In this document: one piece after another, positions 44,133-54,273 of the stretch
Layout: every line of letters starts with the position of its first letter
Position numbering within the stretch: the first letter of the stretch is position 1
NCBI GenBank assembly: GCA_034722915.1
Contig: JAYEOK010000168.1
Span: 6,016-70,015, forward strand
Direction of reading: 5' to 3'
Source of the DNA: Thermodesulfobacteriota bacterium
Lineage (GTDB): Bacteria > Desulfobacterota > Desulfobulbia > Desulfobulbales > Desulfocapsaceae
DNA: 64,000 bases
The notes under the pieces: model-generated
Databases searched by the model: none
Told to the model about the DNA's origin: nothing
The model's input: the letters and a program-made list of their open reading frames with translations, nothing else
Position numbers and translations under genes: made by a program

Positions 44133-44675
44133 ATGGATTTAGTTGATCTTATAGCGGAAAAGCGTTTCATAGGGCAGGAGTTTCTGACCTGGCTCTGGTG
44201 GAAAAGTGAGGAACGTGGTGGTATGGTGGCTCTGCCGGGAGAAGGCGATATTGTCGTGGTTTTTGAGAAGCACATGCTGCTGGAATATGGCGAAGGGGAT
44301 TCCAACGAAAGCCTCATCTGTCGAGGTCTTCAGACCGAGCTTCAGGAAGCGAGAACAGGGCTTGTCATGGGTAAAAAACTGGAGCAGGCCAGGATCCAGT
44401 TAGCCTTCAATGATTATGAATGGAATTTCACCATGGCTGCTGCACTGATGGAGTTTCGCAATGTGAAACTCCCCAAAACCGGCGGGGATTCTGGTAATAC
44501 TGATAATCCGGAAGAGCGTGAAGGAATGGTTTTGGAACGAATTTTTCTTTTTGAAGAACTGGTTCGTATTGTTTTAGACCTGTTTCGCCTGTTTATACAG
44601 ATCAGAGTCGGCGATGAGTGGCGTGATGAGTTATTAAAAGTGCGTGAATGGGTTAATAAGGCAGAACGAGCTTAA
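44133..44675 (+). CDS. Conserved hypothetical protein, partner of the RdgC-like gene
   Basis: FIGQEFLTWLWW, EARTGLVMGKKLEQARI; RBS and tight linkage. Confidence 0.6.
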   Translation: MDLVDLIAEKRFIGQEFLTWLWWKSEERGGMVALPGEGDIVVVFEKHMLLEYGEGDSNESLICRGLQTELQEARTGLVMGKKLEQARIQLAFNDYEWNFTMAAALMEFRNVKLPKTGGDSGNTDNPEEREGMVLERIFLFEELVRIVLDLFRLFIQIRVGDEWRDELLKVREWVNKAERA

Positions 44676-44703
44676 TTGAATTTGAAGCAACGAAGAGTAT
44701 ATC

Positions 44704-46128
44704 ATGGAGTTTGAAACTGTAATCGGGCTGGAAATACATGCCCAGCTGAAAACGAAATCTAAAATATTCTGCGGCTGTTCCATTGAGTTTGGGGCACCAC
44801 CAAACAGCCATACCTGCCCCATTTGTCTGGGAATGCCAGGGGTACTGCCTGTGCTGAATAAAAAGGTGGTTGAATATTCTATTAAGATGGGGCTGGCAAC
44901 AGATTCCACCATCAACACCTTTAATCAGTTTGCCAGGAAAAATTACTTTTATCCTGATCTTCCCAAGGGCTATCAGACTTCACAGTTTGACCTGCCAATT
45001 GTAGAGTTTGGTAATGTGGAAATAGAGGTGAACGGGGAAACAAAGGTGATCGGTATTACCCGTATGCATATGGAGGAAGATGCGGGAAAATTGATCCATG
45101 ATGATCGTGAGCCACTCTCATATGTTGATTTGAATCGTACTGGTACACCGCTTCTTGAAATTGTATCAGAACCGGATATGCGTTCTCCGGAAGAGGCATA
45201 TGCTTATTTACGAAAGCTTCATGCCATTCTTCGTTATCTTGATATCTGTGACGGAAATATGCAGGAGGGTAGTTTTCGCTGTGATGCCAACATTTCACTC
45301 AGACCCATGGGGCAGGAGGAGTTAGGCACCAGGACAGAGCTCAAGAATATGAACTCTTTTAAAAATGTGCAGGCAGCGCTGGAATACGAAGTGAGAAGAC
45401 AGCGCGATATTCTCCTTGATGGTGGCAAGGTCACACAGGAAACGCTTCTTTGGGATCCTGACCGTAACCGTACAGAGTCCATGCGCAGTAAGGAAGAAGC
45501 GCACGATTATCGCTATTTCCCCTGTCCGGATCTGATTCCCGTAGTGATTGATGAGAGTTGGATAGAGGAGATTAGAAAAACCTTACCGGAACTCCCTGAT
45601 GCAAGAAAGGAGCGTTTTATCAGCCAGTATGAGTTGCCGGAATATGATGCTGCACTGCTCACTTCGTCCCGTGAGCTTGCTGATTATTTTGAAGCGGTAG
45701 TCAAAAATGGCTGCAAGGCAAAGAAAGTTTCCAACTGGATCATGACCGAACTCATGCGCGAGCTGAAGGGGGCTGAAGTAACCGATTGCAAGGTTACACC
45801 AGAACAACTGGGCGCACTTTTGAAAATGGTGGATGATGGCAGCATTTCTGGAAAAATCGCTAAAACAGTGTTTTTGGAGATGATGGAATCCGGAAAGGAT
45901 CCAGAAGTCGTGGTCAAAGAAAAAAATCTGCTGCAGGTCTCTGACCAGGGCGAATTATTGGCCATTGTTCAGGAAATTATTGCTGCTAATCCGGGGCAGG
46001 CAGAAGATTTTAAGGGTGGCAAGACTAAACTCATGGGCTATTTTGTCGGCCAGCTCATGCAGAAGACAAAGGGCAAGGCAAATCCTAAGATTGCCAATGA
46101 ACTATTCAGTAAGGAGCTTTTAAAGTAG
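44704..46128 (+). CDS. gatB: Asp/Glu-tRNA amidotransferase subunit B
   Basis: [61 protein letters not shown]. Confidence 0.97.
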   Translation: MEFETVIGLEIHAQLKTKSKIFCGCSIEFGAPPNSHTCPICLGMPGVLPVLNKKVVEYSIKMGLATDSTINTFNQFARKNYFYPDLPKGYQTSQFDLPIVEFGNVEIEVNGETKVIGITRMHMEEDAGKLIHDDREPLSYVDLNRTGTPLLEIVSEPDMRSPEEAYAYLRKLHAILRYLDICDGNMQEGSFRCDANISLRPMGQEELGTRTELKNMNSFKNVQAALEYEVRRQRDILLDGGKVTQETLLWDPDRNRTESMRSKEEAHDYRYFPCPDLIPVVIDESWIEEIRKTLPELPDARKERFISQYELPEYDAALLTSSRELADYFEAVVKNGCKAKKVSNWIMTELMRELKGAEVTDCKVTPEQLGALLKMVDDGSISGKIAKTVFLEMMESGKDPEVVVKEKNLLQVSDQGELLAIVQEIIAANPGQAEDFKGGKTKLMGYFVGQLMQKTKGKANPKIANELFSKELLK

Positions 46129-46145
46129 CTCACAGGCAGAAGCCA

Positions 46146-46883
46146 ATGGAAAAAGAGCAGTGGCAAAAAAAGGGGGAAGGGCACAGGCAGCGCCTCCGTG
46201 ACCGCTTTCTGGATCGTGGACTTAAAGGGTTTGGCGATGACGAGATCCTCGAACTTCTTCTCTCCTTTGGAACTCCAAGAAGTGATTGTAAGGAGCCTGC
46301 CCGAGCAGCCCTGAAACAGTTTGGTTCACTGGCTGCAGTGCTTGAGGAACCCCTTGCCGGACTGCAGAAAATCAAGGGAATCGGGCCTAAAAATGGTTTT
46401 GCTATCCATTTTATTCAGGCTGTTGCAAGGCGTTACCTGAACCAGCGGCTGCGTGGCAAGCGTTATCTTCACTCCTCGTCCGAGGTGCGTGACTATTTAA
46501 TCCATCGCCTGCGAGGCCTCAAAAAAGAGGTTCTTACTGTTATCTATCTGGATTCTTCCCATGCAATCCTTGATGCTGAAACTGTTGCCGAGGGAACCAT
46601 CAATGTCAACACCGTCTATCCGCGAGAGCTGGTCAAAAAGGCACTGCAACAGAATGCATCGGCCATGATCATAGCCCATAATCATCCTTCCGGCTCACTC
46701 GAACCATCTTCCCAGGATTTACAGCTGACCAGAACCCTGTCTCTTTTAGGGAGCCTGATGCAGATCCAGCTCCTTGATCATATCATTATTGGTGACGGCA
46801 GCTTTTCTTTTGCCGACCATGGCCTGATGACTGATATCACAAAACAGTGCCGGGAGACCATGGAAGGTCTGCATCAGCAGTAA
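46146..46883 (+). CDS. radC: RadC/JAB-domain protein (UPF0758)
   Basis: GHRQRLRDRF, HhH GIGP, YPRELVK, AHNHPSGSLEPSSQD, LLDHIIIG. Confidence 0.93.
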   Translation: MEKEQWQKKGEGHRQRLRDRFLDRGLKGFGDDEILELLLSFGTPRSDCKEPARAALKQFGSLAAVLEEPLAGLQKIKGIGPKNGFAIHFIQAVARRYLNQRLRGKRYLHSSSEVRDYLIHRLRGLKKEVLTVIYLDSSHAILDAETVAEGTINVNTVYPRELVKKALQQNASAMIIAHNHPSGSLEPSSQDLQLTRTLSLLGSLMQIQLLDHIIIGDGSFSFADHGLMTDITKQCRETMEGLHQQ

Positions 46884-48014
46884 ATGACGACTTCCCTGTA
46901 TATTCATATTCCCTTTTGTGCTTCCAGGTGTAACTACTGTTCATTTAACTCCTATGCCGGCCTGGAAGAGCTGCGGGAACGATATGTTGAGTCTTTGTGT
47001 GTTGAGTTGGCTCAAAATGCATCCCGGGGGCTTCTGGAGCCTCTCAGGACGGTTTTTCTGGGAGGGGGAACCCCAAGTATCCTTTCCACAGGTTTGCTTA
47101 AAAAATTGCTGGCTTCCTGTTTTGCCTGTTTTCCAGTTCATCCGGATGCAGAAATTTCCATTGAGGCTAATCCGGGAACTGTGGATAGAGCAAAATTTGA
47201 ACTTCTTAAAACAGCAGGAGTAAACCGGATATCAATTGGGGTGCAGTCCTTTAATGATCAGGAACTCGGAAAAACAGGTCGGATTCATTCTGCGAAAGAA
47301 GCTGTTCAGGCTGTCCGTATGGCTCAAGACGCCGGCTTTAATAATATCAGTATTGACCTTATGTACGGCCTTCCCGGACAGGACCCGGAGAGTTGGCAGA
47401 TAAGCCTGGAAACAGCCTTTTCCCTTGATATCAATCATCTTTCACTCTATCAACTGACAGTGGAAGAACACACACCTCTTGAAAGAATGGTGCGGGAAGG
47501 CAGACTGCAGTTACCGGCTGAGGATGAGCTTGCGGCCATGGATGAGATTACAGCAGAACTCACCGCAGAAAGTGGAATGTGCCAGTATGAAATTTCAAAT
47601 TATGCACGATCAGGGTGTCAGTGCCAACACAATATCACCTACTGGGAAAATAGAGAGTATTGTGGGGTTGGAGCGGGTGCAGTGTCCTGTCTGCGCGGGA
47701 GCAGGAGACGGAATATTGCAGCCCCTGAAGAGTACTGTGGCCTCATAGAGAGTGGACGTTCGACCATAATTGATGAGGAAACCCTCGACCTTGAGGCATC
47801 CTTTCGGGAAACAGTAATCATGGGCCTGCGTATGAACCGGGGAGTTGCTGTAAAAGAGTTGGAAAAGCGATATAAAATCCAGCTGGCAAACCATTACGGA
47901 AAAGTTTTACGACAGTTGATAAGAGATAAGCTGCTTGAGCAGACAGAGGACTATCTTTACCTGACGGATCGGGGAAGAATTTTTGCCAATCTGGTTATGG
48001 CTGAGCTGGTTTGA
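46884..48014 (+). CDS. hemW: Radical SAM heme chaperone HemW
   Basis: LYIHIPFCASRCNYCSF, GGGTPS, RISIGVQSF, YEISNYA, HNITYW. Confidence 0.9.
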   Translation: MTTSLYIHIPFCASRCNYCSFNSYAGLEELRERYVESLCVELAQNASRGLLEPLRTVFLGGGTPSILSTGLLKKLLASCFACFPVHPDAEISIEANPGTVDRAKFELLKTAGVNRISIGVQSFNDQELGKTGRIHSAKEAVQAVRMAQDAGFNNISIDLMYGLPGQDPESWQISLETAFSLDINHLSLYQLTVEEHTPLERMVREGRLQLPAEDELAAMDEITAELTAESGMCQYEISNYARSGCQCQHNITYWENREYCGVGAGAVSCLRGSRRRNIAAPEEYCGLIESGRSTIIDEETLDLEASFRETVIMGLRMNRGVAVKELEKRYKIQLANHYGKVLRQLIRDKLLEQTEDYLYLTDRGRIFANLVMAELV

Positions 48015-48091
48015 AAGTTGTAAGGGAGGATTGGAGAATTGAGAAATACCAGGAAGCTTAAAAGTGAAAGAGATGCAAAAAATTTGTATAG

Positions 48092-48841
48092 ATGTTAGCC
48101 TTGTCACTGATAACATGGTCGCCCATACTCGGACAAAATTCTGCTCACTGCTTTGTTCAGGAAAAATTTGCAAAGTGTTGTGCAACTGGAGGGAGTCACA
48201 TTTCTAAAGTAACCAAAGCGCAGCAATTACTGAACATTGCTCTTGAAATGAATGCTGTTGGTATCAATCAGGGAACGTCTGGTAATGTCAGTGTACGTAA
48301 AGCGTCAGGGTATCTGATTACACCATCGGGTATTCCTTATGACGAATGTGCAGCAAAAGATATGGTTGGTATGACTTTTAAGGGACAGTCAAGTGGATCG
48401 CGCAAACCATCTAGTGAATGGCGTTTTCATCAGGACATCTATCGCTGTCGTAAAGATGTGAAAGCAATCGTACACGTACATTCAACCTTTGCGACTACCA
48501 TTGCCTGCCTTGGCAGGGATTTGCCATCTTTTCACTATATGGTTGCAGCAGCCGGTGGCAAGACTATTCGTTGTGCAGAGTATCATACCTTTGGTACACA
48601 GGAACTTTCCGAGGCTGTGATCGATGCGATGCAAGACCGCAAGGCCTGTTTGATGGCTAATCACGGTATGCTGGCGACAGGTTCGACGTTAAAAAAGGCA
48701 CTGGCTATGGCAGTTGAAGTGGAGAATCTATGTGAGGTCTACTGGCGATTGCTGCCGCTGGGAGGTGGAAATATGGTCGATGATGCAGAAATGGATGTAA
48801 TTCTGGAAAAGTTCAAATCGTACGGGCAGTTTACGGAATAA
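48092..48841 (+). CDS. Class II aldolase/adducin family (FucA/Ald2-like); true start uncertain, probably near 48200
   Basis: GTSGNVSVR, ITPSG, PSSEWRFH, HVHS, FHYMVAAAGG, NHG. Confidence 0.85.
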   Translation: MLALSLITWSPILGQNSAHCFVQEKFAKCCATGGSHISKVTKAQQLLNIALEMNAVGINQGTSGNVSVRKASGYLITPSGIPYDECAAKDMVGMTFKGQSSGSRKPSSEWRFHQDIYRCRKDVKAIVHVHSTFATTIACLGRDLPSFHYMVAAAGGKTIRCAEYHTFGTQELSEAVIDAMQDRKACLMANHGMLATGSTLKKALAMAVEVENLCEVYWRLLPLGGGNMVDDAEMDVILEKFKSYGQFTE

Positions 48842-48899
48842 ATCAGTACTAATACCGGTGATAAACGGTAACTATTCTACTATACAAGTGAGATAAGAT

Positions 48900-49253
48900 A
48901 TGATTGGTTCACGGAACCTCTTGAAGCTCTTTTTTAATCTACTTACTCTGACAGCACTCGGCTTGTTGGCTGGTTGCAGTCAGACAATGTATGGGGTCGC
49001 AAAAATTGAATCGATCCCCCGGGGAGCTGAGGTTATCAATTTAAAGGATGATACCCATCTTGGGATAACACCATTACTGGTAACCTGGGAAAGCGATGAT
49101 GGCAAGCCTGCCAAGCTTGCGACTGTCGAATTGCGTAAAACCGGTTATATCGAAAAAAGTACTTCTTTCTGGGTACAGATGCGGCATGATACTAAAGAAG
49201 AGGCTACCAGAGAGCCACAGCCTGTTATCATTGAGCTGAGCAAAGGGAAATAA
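48900..49253 (+). CDS. PEGA-like lipoprotein
   Basis: Lipobox LLAGC; IESIPRGAEV...GITPL PEGA pattern. Confidence 0.7.
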   Translation: MIGSRNLLKLFFNLLTLTALGLLAGCSQTMYGVAKIESIPRGAEVINLKDDTHLGITPLLVTWESDDGKPAKLATVELRKTGYIEKSTSFWVQMRHDTKEEATREPQPVIIELSKGK

Positions 49254-49256
49254 CAT

Positions 49257-49658
49257 ATGAAGTGTGAAAAATATTACGTGCCAGTGTCTGGCCGGTTTTT
49301 ATCGGCAATTTGTCTTTTTGTAATTCTGCTGATGGTGTCGGCCTGTGCAGAGAGGAAGAGTGTTCAGTTCAAAATTCATTCCACACCCAAGGGAGCCCAT
49401 GTGCTGTACAAGGTCGAAGGTGGAGAGTCATCCTGCCAGGGGCATTGGTTATATCTTGGAAATACACCGTGGCAGGGTGTTCGGCAACTTACAGAAGATG
49501 AGGTGGAAGATGCTGAAAAAATCACTCTCAAGGTTCTGCACAATGGTTATCATGAACAGGTCAAGGAGTGGGATGGCGTTGGATTCTGGGAGGAAGTTGA
49601 GGAGCGTGATGTGATTTTCTGGGCACCGGAATTGATTCCCAACCTGAAAGAAATATGA
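49257..49658 (+). CDS. PEGA-like lipoprotein
   Basis: Lipobox VSAC; IHSTPKGAHV...LGNTP. Confidence 0.65.
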   Translation: MKCEKYYVPVSGRFLSAICLFVILLMVSACAERKSVQFKIHSTPKGAHVLYKVEGGESSCQGHWLYLGNTPWQGVRQLTEDEVEDAEKITLKVLHNGYHEQVKEWDGVGFWEEVEERDVIFWAPELIPNLKEI

Positions 49659-49687
49659 CATGTATCCACATTAGATAAGGAGTCAGG

Positions 49688-49906
49688 ATGTTTTTACCTG
49701 CGTTGGCAAGAGATTTGTATAAGAGTCAGAAAGAGGTTGAAGGTCTTGAGCAGCAGCTGGAGGACGCAGTGTCGTTTCAGGAACAGGAACAGGTGACGGA
49801 ACAGTTGCGTCAGGCCATGGCAGAGTTGAAACAGATTCGTAAGGTACTCGATGGCAGGAAAGAGCAGTCAAGAGCCTCACTGAACAAGCCAAAATATCGT
49901 TTCTAA
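49688..49906 (+). CDS. Small coiled-coil hypothetical protein
   Basis: RBS AGGAG; heptad-rich LARDLYKSQKEVEGLEQQL. Confidence 0.65.
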   Translation: MFLPALARDLYKSQKEVEGLEQQLEDAVSFQEQEQVTEQLRQAMAELKQIRKVLDGRKEQSRASLNKPKYRF

Positions 49907-49940
49907 CCCGGTTCAACCGGAAACAATTCAGTTCACTGGA
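49907..49940 (-). mobile_element. Solo 34-bp TTA-type mini-element
   Basis: TAA-CCCGGTTCAACCGGAAACAATTCAGTTCACTGGA-TAA with no adjoining body. Confidence 0.8.
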
Positions 49941-50103
49941 TAAGATTTGTAACTATTCAGGCACCTGCCGGGAAGAAACAAGATACCTCGAAATGTACCT
50001 GTTCAGCAGTATAATTACCTTATAACCTTAATGTTTCGATCCAATTGATACTGAAATAAAAAATTACTATATCTATCGTCAGGAAAAGTATACACTTTAA
50101 TGG

Positions 50104-51261
50104 ATGAAGAAAATATTTCAGAAAAAGGGCATTAGTTTTTACCGAACAATCAAAGTAAGCCTGGCGTTGATAGGGGGTCTTCCCTTTCTTCTTGCCGTGT
50201 ACCTTTTCACCAGAGAGGTGCAGGTATCCACCACCCTGATAGGTATCTGTGCGGCGCTCGTTCTCTTTAGTATGCTCATGGGATTTACCCTTTTGCGCAG
50301 ATCCTCGGATCAGATGCAGGTACTTGCACAATATACTGTGGTTCCGGAATCCGGACAAACTCCTCAGTCTCTGGATCTCAATGTTGAAGGTGAGTTGCAG
50401 GATATTGCCAGCAACTTCAATACGGTTGTTGAGCAACTTAATCTGGCAAATCGTGATATACAAAGCAGGAGTTTTAAGTTACGGGAATACGCAAGTGATC
50501 TGGCTCATACCTACGAACTTCTTGAGAAAGAGAACAGACTGCGCAACCAGCTTTGTCGGTATGTTGACAAAGATCTTGTCGATCGGCTGCTGGTTTCCGG
50601 AGATGCGCAACTCTTAAAGAATGAAAGAAAAAATGTAACTGTGATGTTTGCAGATATTCGCTCTTTCACCGCAATTTCAGAGCATATGGAGCCGGAAGAT
50701 GTGGTAGCCATGCTCAATGAGTATTTTACAATCATGACCGATATCCTGTTTAAGCATAACGGGATGCTTGATAAGTTTGTGGGCGATCAGATCATGGCAG
50801 TATTTGGTCATATTTCCAATGAAAAAAGTGGTGCCAGATCAGCAGTAAAAGCAGCATTGGAAATGCAGAAGGCCACAGCCATTTTAATGAAGGAACGTGC
50901 AGAAAAGAACTTTCCGGTGTTTGACGTCGGGATAGGAATTAATACAGGCAGGGCAATTCTTGCCAGTGTGGGATCGGACAACAGACAGGATTATACGGTA
51001 ATTGGAGACACTGTAAATATTGCAGCGCGTCTTGAGAAATATGCATCCGGGGGGGAAGTTGTCATAGGTGAGCGAACCAGCCGGCATCTTCCGAAAAAAT
51101 TACCTGATAGCGCCAGGCATGAATTGCAGGTGAAAAATCGTTCTGAGCCTCTCACCTGCTATATATTGATCGCGAAAGGCAACAGGGTGGTCAAGGTTGT
51201 GAAACCCAAAATTCCAAATCTCTCTGTTCTGTCATCTGTTCAGTTCGAACTCGGCTTCTGA
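50104..51261 (+). CDS. Membrane adenylate/guanylate cyclase (2 TM, HAMP, class III)
   Basis: VMFADIRSFT, DKFVGDQIMA, GIGINTG, DYTVIGDTVNIAARLE. Confidence 0.92.
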   Translation: MKKIFQKKGISFYRTIKVSLALIGGLPFLLAVYLFTREVQVSTTLIGICAALVLFSMLMGFTLLRRSSDQMQVLAQYTVVPESGQTPQSLDLNVEGELQDIASNFNTVVEQLNLANRDIQSRSFKLREYASDLAHTYELLEKENRLRNQLCRYVDKDLVDRLLVSGDAQLLKNERKNVTVMFADIRSFTAISEHMEPEDVVAMLNEYFTIMTDILFKHNGMLDKFVGDQIMAVFGHISNEKSGARSAVKAALEMQKATAILMKERAEKNFPVFDVGIGINTGRAILASVGSDNRQDYTVIGDTVNIAARLEKYASGGEVVIGERTSRHLPKKLPDSARHELQVKNRSEPLTCYILIAKGNRVVKVVKPKIPNLSVLSSVQFELGF

Positions 51262-52040
51262 CTCTTGCCACTGATGTTTTCGATGGCTGCAAAGTTTAGT
51301 GTACTGTGTACTGTCATTAAAGGGAAAATCATGGCAATAAAAAAGATATTGAGAATCGGAATCAGACTGACCAGGGCTGGAAAAACGCCTAAACGGAACG
51401 ATTGTTTATTATGTTTTCGCAGCCAGGAAATTTTTTTCCCAAGGCTCCAGTGTCTTCGAGAGCTTGGATAGTCCACAAACATAAGGGCTGAGTAATAGGT
51501 ATAAAGAAGAAAAACTATGATTTGTCCCACTCCCGGGATGAAGTTGGCCATCAGTGCCGCCACAGTCACCAGAATCCCTAGACAACCAATCTTGATTCCT
51601 TCCCACAGATCAATCAGAATTCCCTTGAGGTTGAGAGCCGCATCCGGTTCAAAATGTTCTCCCGAATGTTTTTTTTCAGTTGCAGTACTGAGAAAAACAT
51701 ATCCCGGAGCTGAGAGACTGTAGGCAACAAGAAAGGCGAGATAAAAGGCTATAATACGGGTCAGGACAAGAAAACTCCACCTCGTTGCCTCCCAACCCAG
51801 ATATTTTATCCATCCCCAGATACCGCCTGCTTCCGGCTGTGTCAGGAAAAAATTTCCGGTGAGGCCATCCACAAAATCAACAGTGAGAAGATAGCCTGCC
51901 CAGGTAAAAGCCATGGTGACCAGGGTCAGCATTACGCTCCAGCCTAACAGGCGTGGGGAGCGCAGTAAAAAAGCAAAGGAATATGTCAGTGGAATCCATT
52001 TGGCAGAAGGCTGTGGACTTGGGAGTGTAGTTTTTTTCAT
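51240..52040 (-). CDS. EI24/CysZ-like membrane protein
   Basis: Multi-TM; APGYVFLSTATEK, NFIPGVGQ, VDYPSSRR, LIPILNIF. Confidence 0.75.
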   Translation of the reverse strand: MKKTTLPSPQPSAKWIPLTYSFAFLLRSPRLLGWSVMLTLVTMAFTWAGYLLTVDFVDGLTGNFFLTQPEAGGIWGWIKYLGWEATRWSFLVLTRIIAFYLAFLVAYSLSAPGYVFLSTATEKKHSGEHFEPDAALNLKGILIDLWEGIKIGCLGILVTVAALMANFIPGVGQIIVFLLYTYYSALMFVDYPSSRRHWSLGKKISWLRKHNKQSFRLGVFPALVSLIPILNIFFIAMIFPLMTVHSTLNFAAIENISGKSQKPSSN

Positions 52041-52142
52041 GTGGCAGACAATAGGGCGTTTTTGGGCACGAGTAAAGGGTGGATCTGTTTTTTTTGATAG
52101 CTTTTCAGGAGTAAGGTACTAACGTTTGTTGCATTATTAAAA

Positions 52143-52623
52143 ATGGCAAGCTCGTAAAAAGGTCAATTTTAAGATGGCTAAGGAACGTACATTAAATAAC
52201 CTGAACATCTTTCTTGCCCTTTGTTCCGCCAGCAATACTTTAAAAACCGTTACATACAGGGAGTATGCAAAGCTTTTTAAAGTGTCGCTGACGAAAAAAT
52301 TGCGGCGAAATATGTTCAGGTTATTTAATTCTCGTTCCTAAGTAAAAAACTCCATATGCGAGGCGTAAATATTCGGCTTGCACCTGAAAACAGCCCAAAC
52401 CACTGAATTGTAAATGTTTGGATAGTGCCTCAGGTTCGTTTAATCCGGCGTGTGAACTATATTGACTCATATGTGAACACGCTGGATTGGACGAAGATGG
52501 GGTGCTAGCCGAATATTTACTGCGAGGCGCGCAAAATTTCTGTCATTTCGGCGTACTAGGGTACGTCGTAATGATAGAAAATTTGCAGCAACGAAGCAGA
52601 TGGAGAGTTTTTACGACGCCATC
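52143..52623. mobile_element. Family D MITE containing nested E and F MITEs
   Basis: D ends ATGGCAAGCTCGTAAAAA / TTTTTACGACGCCATC; E 52182..52338 (TAA dup); F 52365..52520 (TGCGAGGC dup). Confidence 0.9.
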
Positions 52624-52658
52624 AAAAATATATTGATGCTCAGGGAAAGAGAAATCAA

Positions 52659-54020
52659 ATGGCAAAAAAACAGGAAATAGCCTTTGTCTGTACAGACTGT
52701 GGAGCGGATTTCAGTCGCTGGCTGGGACAATGCAGTGTCTGCAAAGAGTGGAATACAGTTAAAGAGGTACGTCTGGGGAAGATATCTGCAGGTAGAACAG
52801 TCGGCTACAGTGGCAAGCAAAGTAGTGTTCAGTTACTCTCTGAGGTTGACAGGAGTCAGGCAGAGAGACTTTCAACCGGTATTGCCGAGTTTGACCGGGT
52901 GCTGGGGCAGGGGATAGTCCGTGGATCTGTGGTTCTCATTGGCGGGGCACCGGGTGCCGGTAAGTCAACCCTTCTTCTGCAGGCTCTTGCAAAGAGTGCT
53001 GCATCCGGAATTCCGGTACTCTATGTTTCCGGTGAAGAGTCACCTCAGCAGATTGCTGAGCGGGCGGATCGTCTTGATCTTCCGGCAGATAATATCAAAA
53101 TGCTTGCAGAGACCTCGGTTGAAGAAATCTGTAAAGTGATGGATCAGGAGAGGCCGCAGGTTGTGGTGATTGATTCTATCCAGGTCGTACATTCAAGATC
53201 CTCTGAATCTGCGGCTGGTTCTATCTCTCAGGTGCGTGAATCTGCAGCAATTCTTACCCGGTATGCCAAAGAGACAAATACTTCCATTTTCATGGTTGGT
53301 CATGTAACCAAAGATCACTCTCTTGCCGGTCCCATGACACTAAGCCATATTGTGGATGCACAGGTAGTGCTCTCATCCACCGACGATGCCCGTTACCGAA
53401 TACTCCGCGCAGATAAAAATCGTTTCGGCAGCGTGGGAGAGCTGGGTTTTTTTGCCATGACCGACCGGGGCCTTAAAGAGGTGAAGAATCCCTCTGCCAT
53501 GTTTCTTTCAAGATCAGGGACACCGGCATCAGGTAGCGCAGTGACAGTGGTCTGGGAGGGAACCAGGCCTCTGCTTGTCGAAATCCAGGCACTGGTCACC
53601 GAAAGTCAGTCGGGCAATCCAAGGCGTCTTGCAGTTGGTATGGATCAAAACAGGATTGCCATGCTGCTTGCTGTCCTTGCTAAGCACGGTGGCCTTGCAA
53701 CGGCCAGTGATGAGGTGTATGTCAATGTTGTTGGCGGAATACGGGTGTATGAGACCAGTTCAGATCTTGCTGCAATGGTGGGCATTGTGTCCAGTCTCCA
53801 GGATCGGGTGATTCCAGCCGACTCATTATTTTTTGGCGAGATCGGACTCAGCGGAGAGATTCGGCCTGTTGCCAATGGTGAAGCCAGACTGAAAGAGGCT
53901 GCCAAGCATGGTTTTCGCAGGGCAGTGATCCCCAGGGCCAATGCTCCGCAACGCCCTGTAAAGGGGCTTGAGATTGTGGCTGTGGCCAGTTTGGTTGAGG
54001 CTCTGGAAGTATTATATTGA
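52659..54020 (+). CDS. radA: DNA repair protein RadA/Sms
   Basis: CTDCG...CSVC zinc finger, GAPGAGKST, KNRFG, Lon-like C-terminal GEIGLSGE. Confidence 0.97.
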   Translation: MAKKQEIAFVCTDCGADFSRWLGQCSVCKEWNTVKEVRLGKISAGRTVGYSGKQSSVQLLSEVDRSQAERLSTGIAEFDRVLGQGIVRGSVVLIGGAPGAGKSTLLLQALAKSAASGIPVLYVSGEESPQQIAERADRLDLPADNIKMLAETSVEEICKVMDQERPQVVVIDSIQVVHSRSSESAAGSISQVRESAAILTRYAKETNTSIFMVGHVTKDHSLAGPMTLSHIVDAQVVLSSTDDARYRILRADKNRFGSVGELGFFAMTDRGLKEVKNPSAMFLSRSGTPASGSAVTVVWEGTRPLLVEIQALVTESQSGNPRRLAVGMDQNRIAMLLAVLAKHGGLATASDEVYVNVVGGIRVYETSSDLAAMVGIVSSLQDRVIPADSLFFGEIGLSGEIRPVANGEARLKEAAKHGFRRAVIPRANAPQRPVKGLEIVAVASLVEALEVLY

Positions 54021-54085
54021 AAAAAATTGAAGTAACTGTTCAGGCCACTCCAAAATTGTTATTCTCGGACAAGCTCCTGGCAAAA

Positions 54086-54242
54086 GTAAATATTCGGGTT
54101 GAAGGAAAACTAGTGCTACAATCCATCAATTGTAAATGTTTGGATAGCACCCCAGGTTCGCTCAAGCCGGCTTGAGAGCTATATTGGTTCATATGCGAAA
54201 AAGCTGGATCGGGCGAAGATGGGGTGCTAGCCGAATATTTAC
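54086..54242. mobile_element. Family F MITE (12-bp TIR GTAAATATTCGG, 8-bp TSD)
   Basis: TGGCAAAA at 54078-85 and 54243-50; homologous to 52365..52520; lies just past a CTAG-family end (54060..54079). Confidence 0.9.
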
Positions 54243-54273
54243 TGGCAAAAAGGAAAATTCCTATACTGTCAAG

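Noticed and set aside
46146-46883. radC as a marker of a mobile or anti-restriction element
   Set aside because: It is the full-length chromosomal type with HhH, embedded between gatB and hemW.
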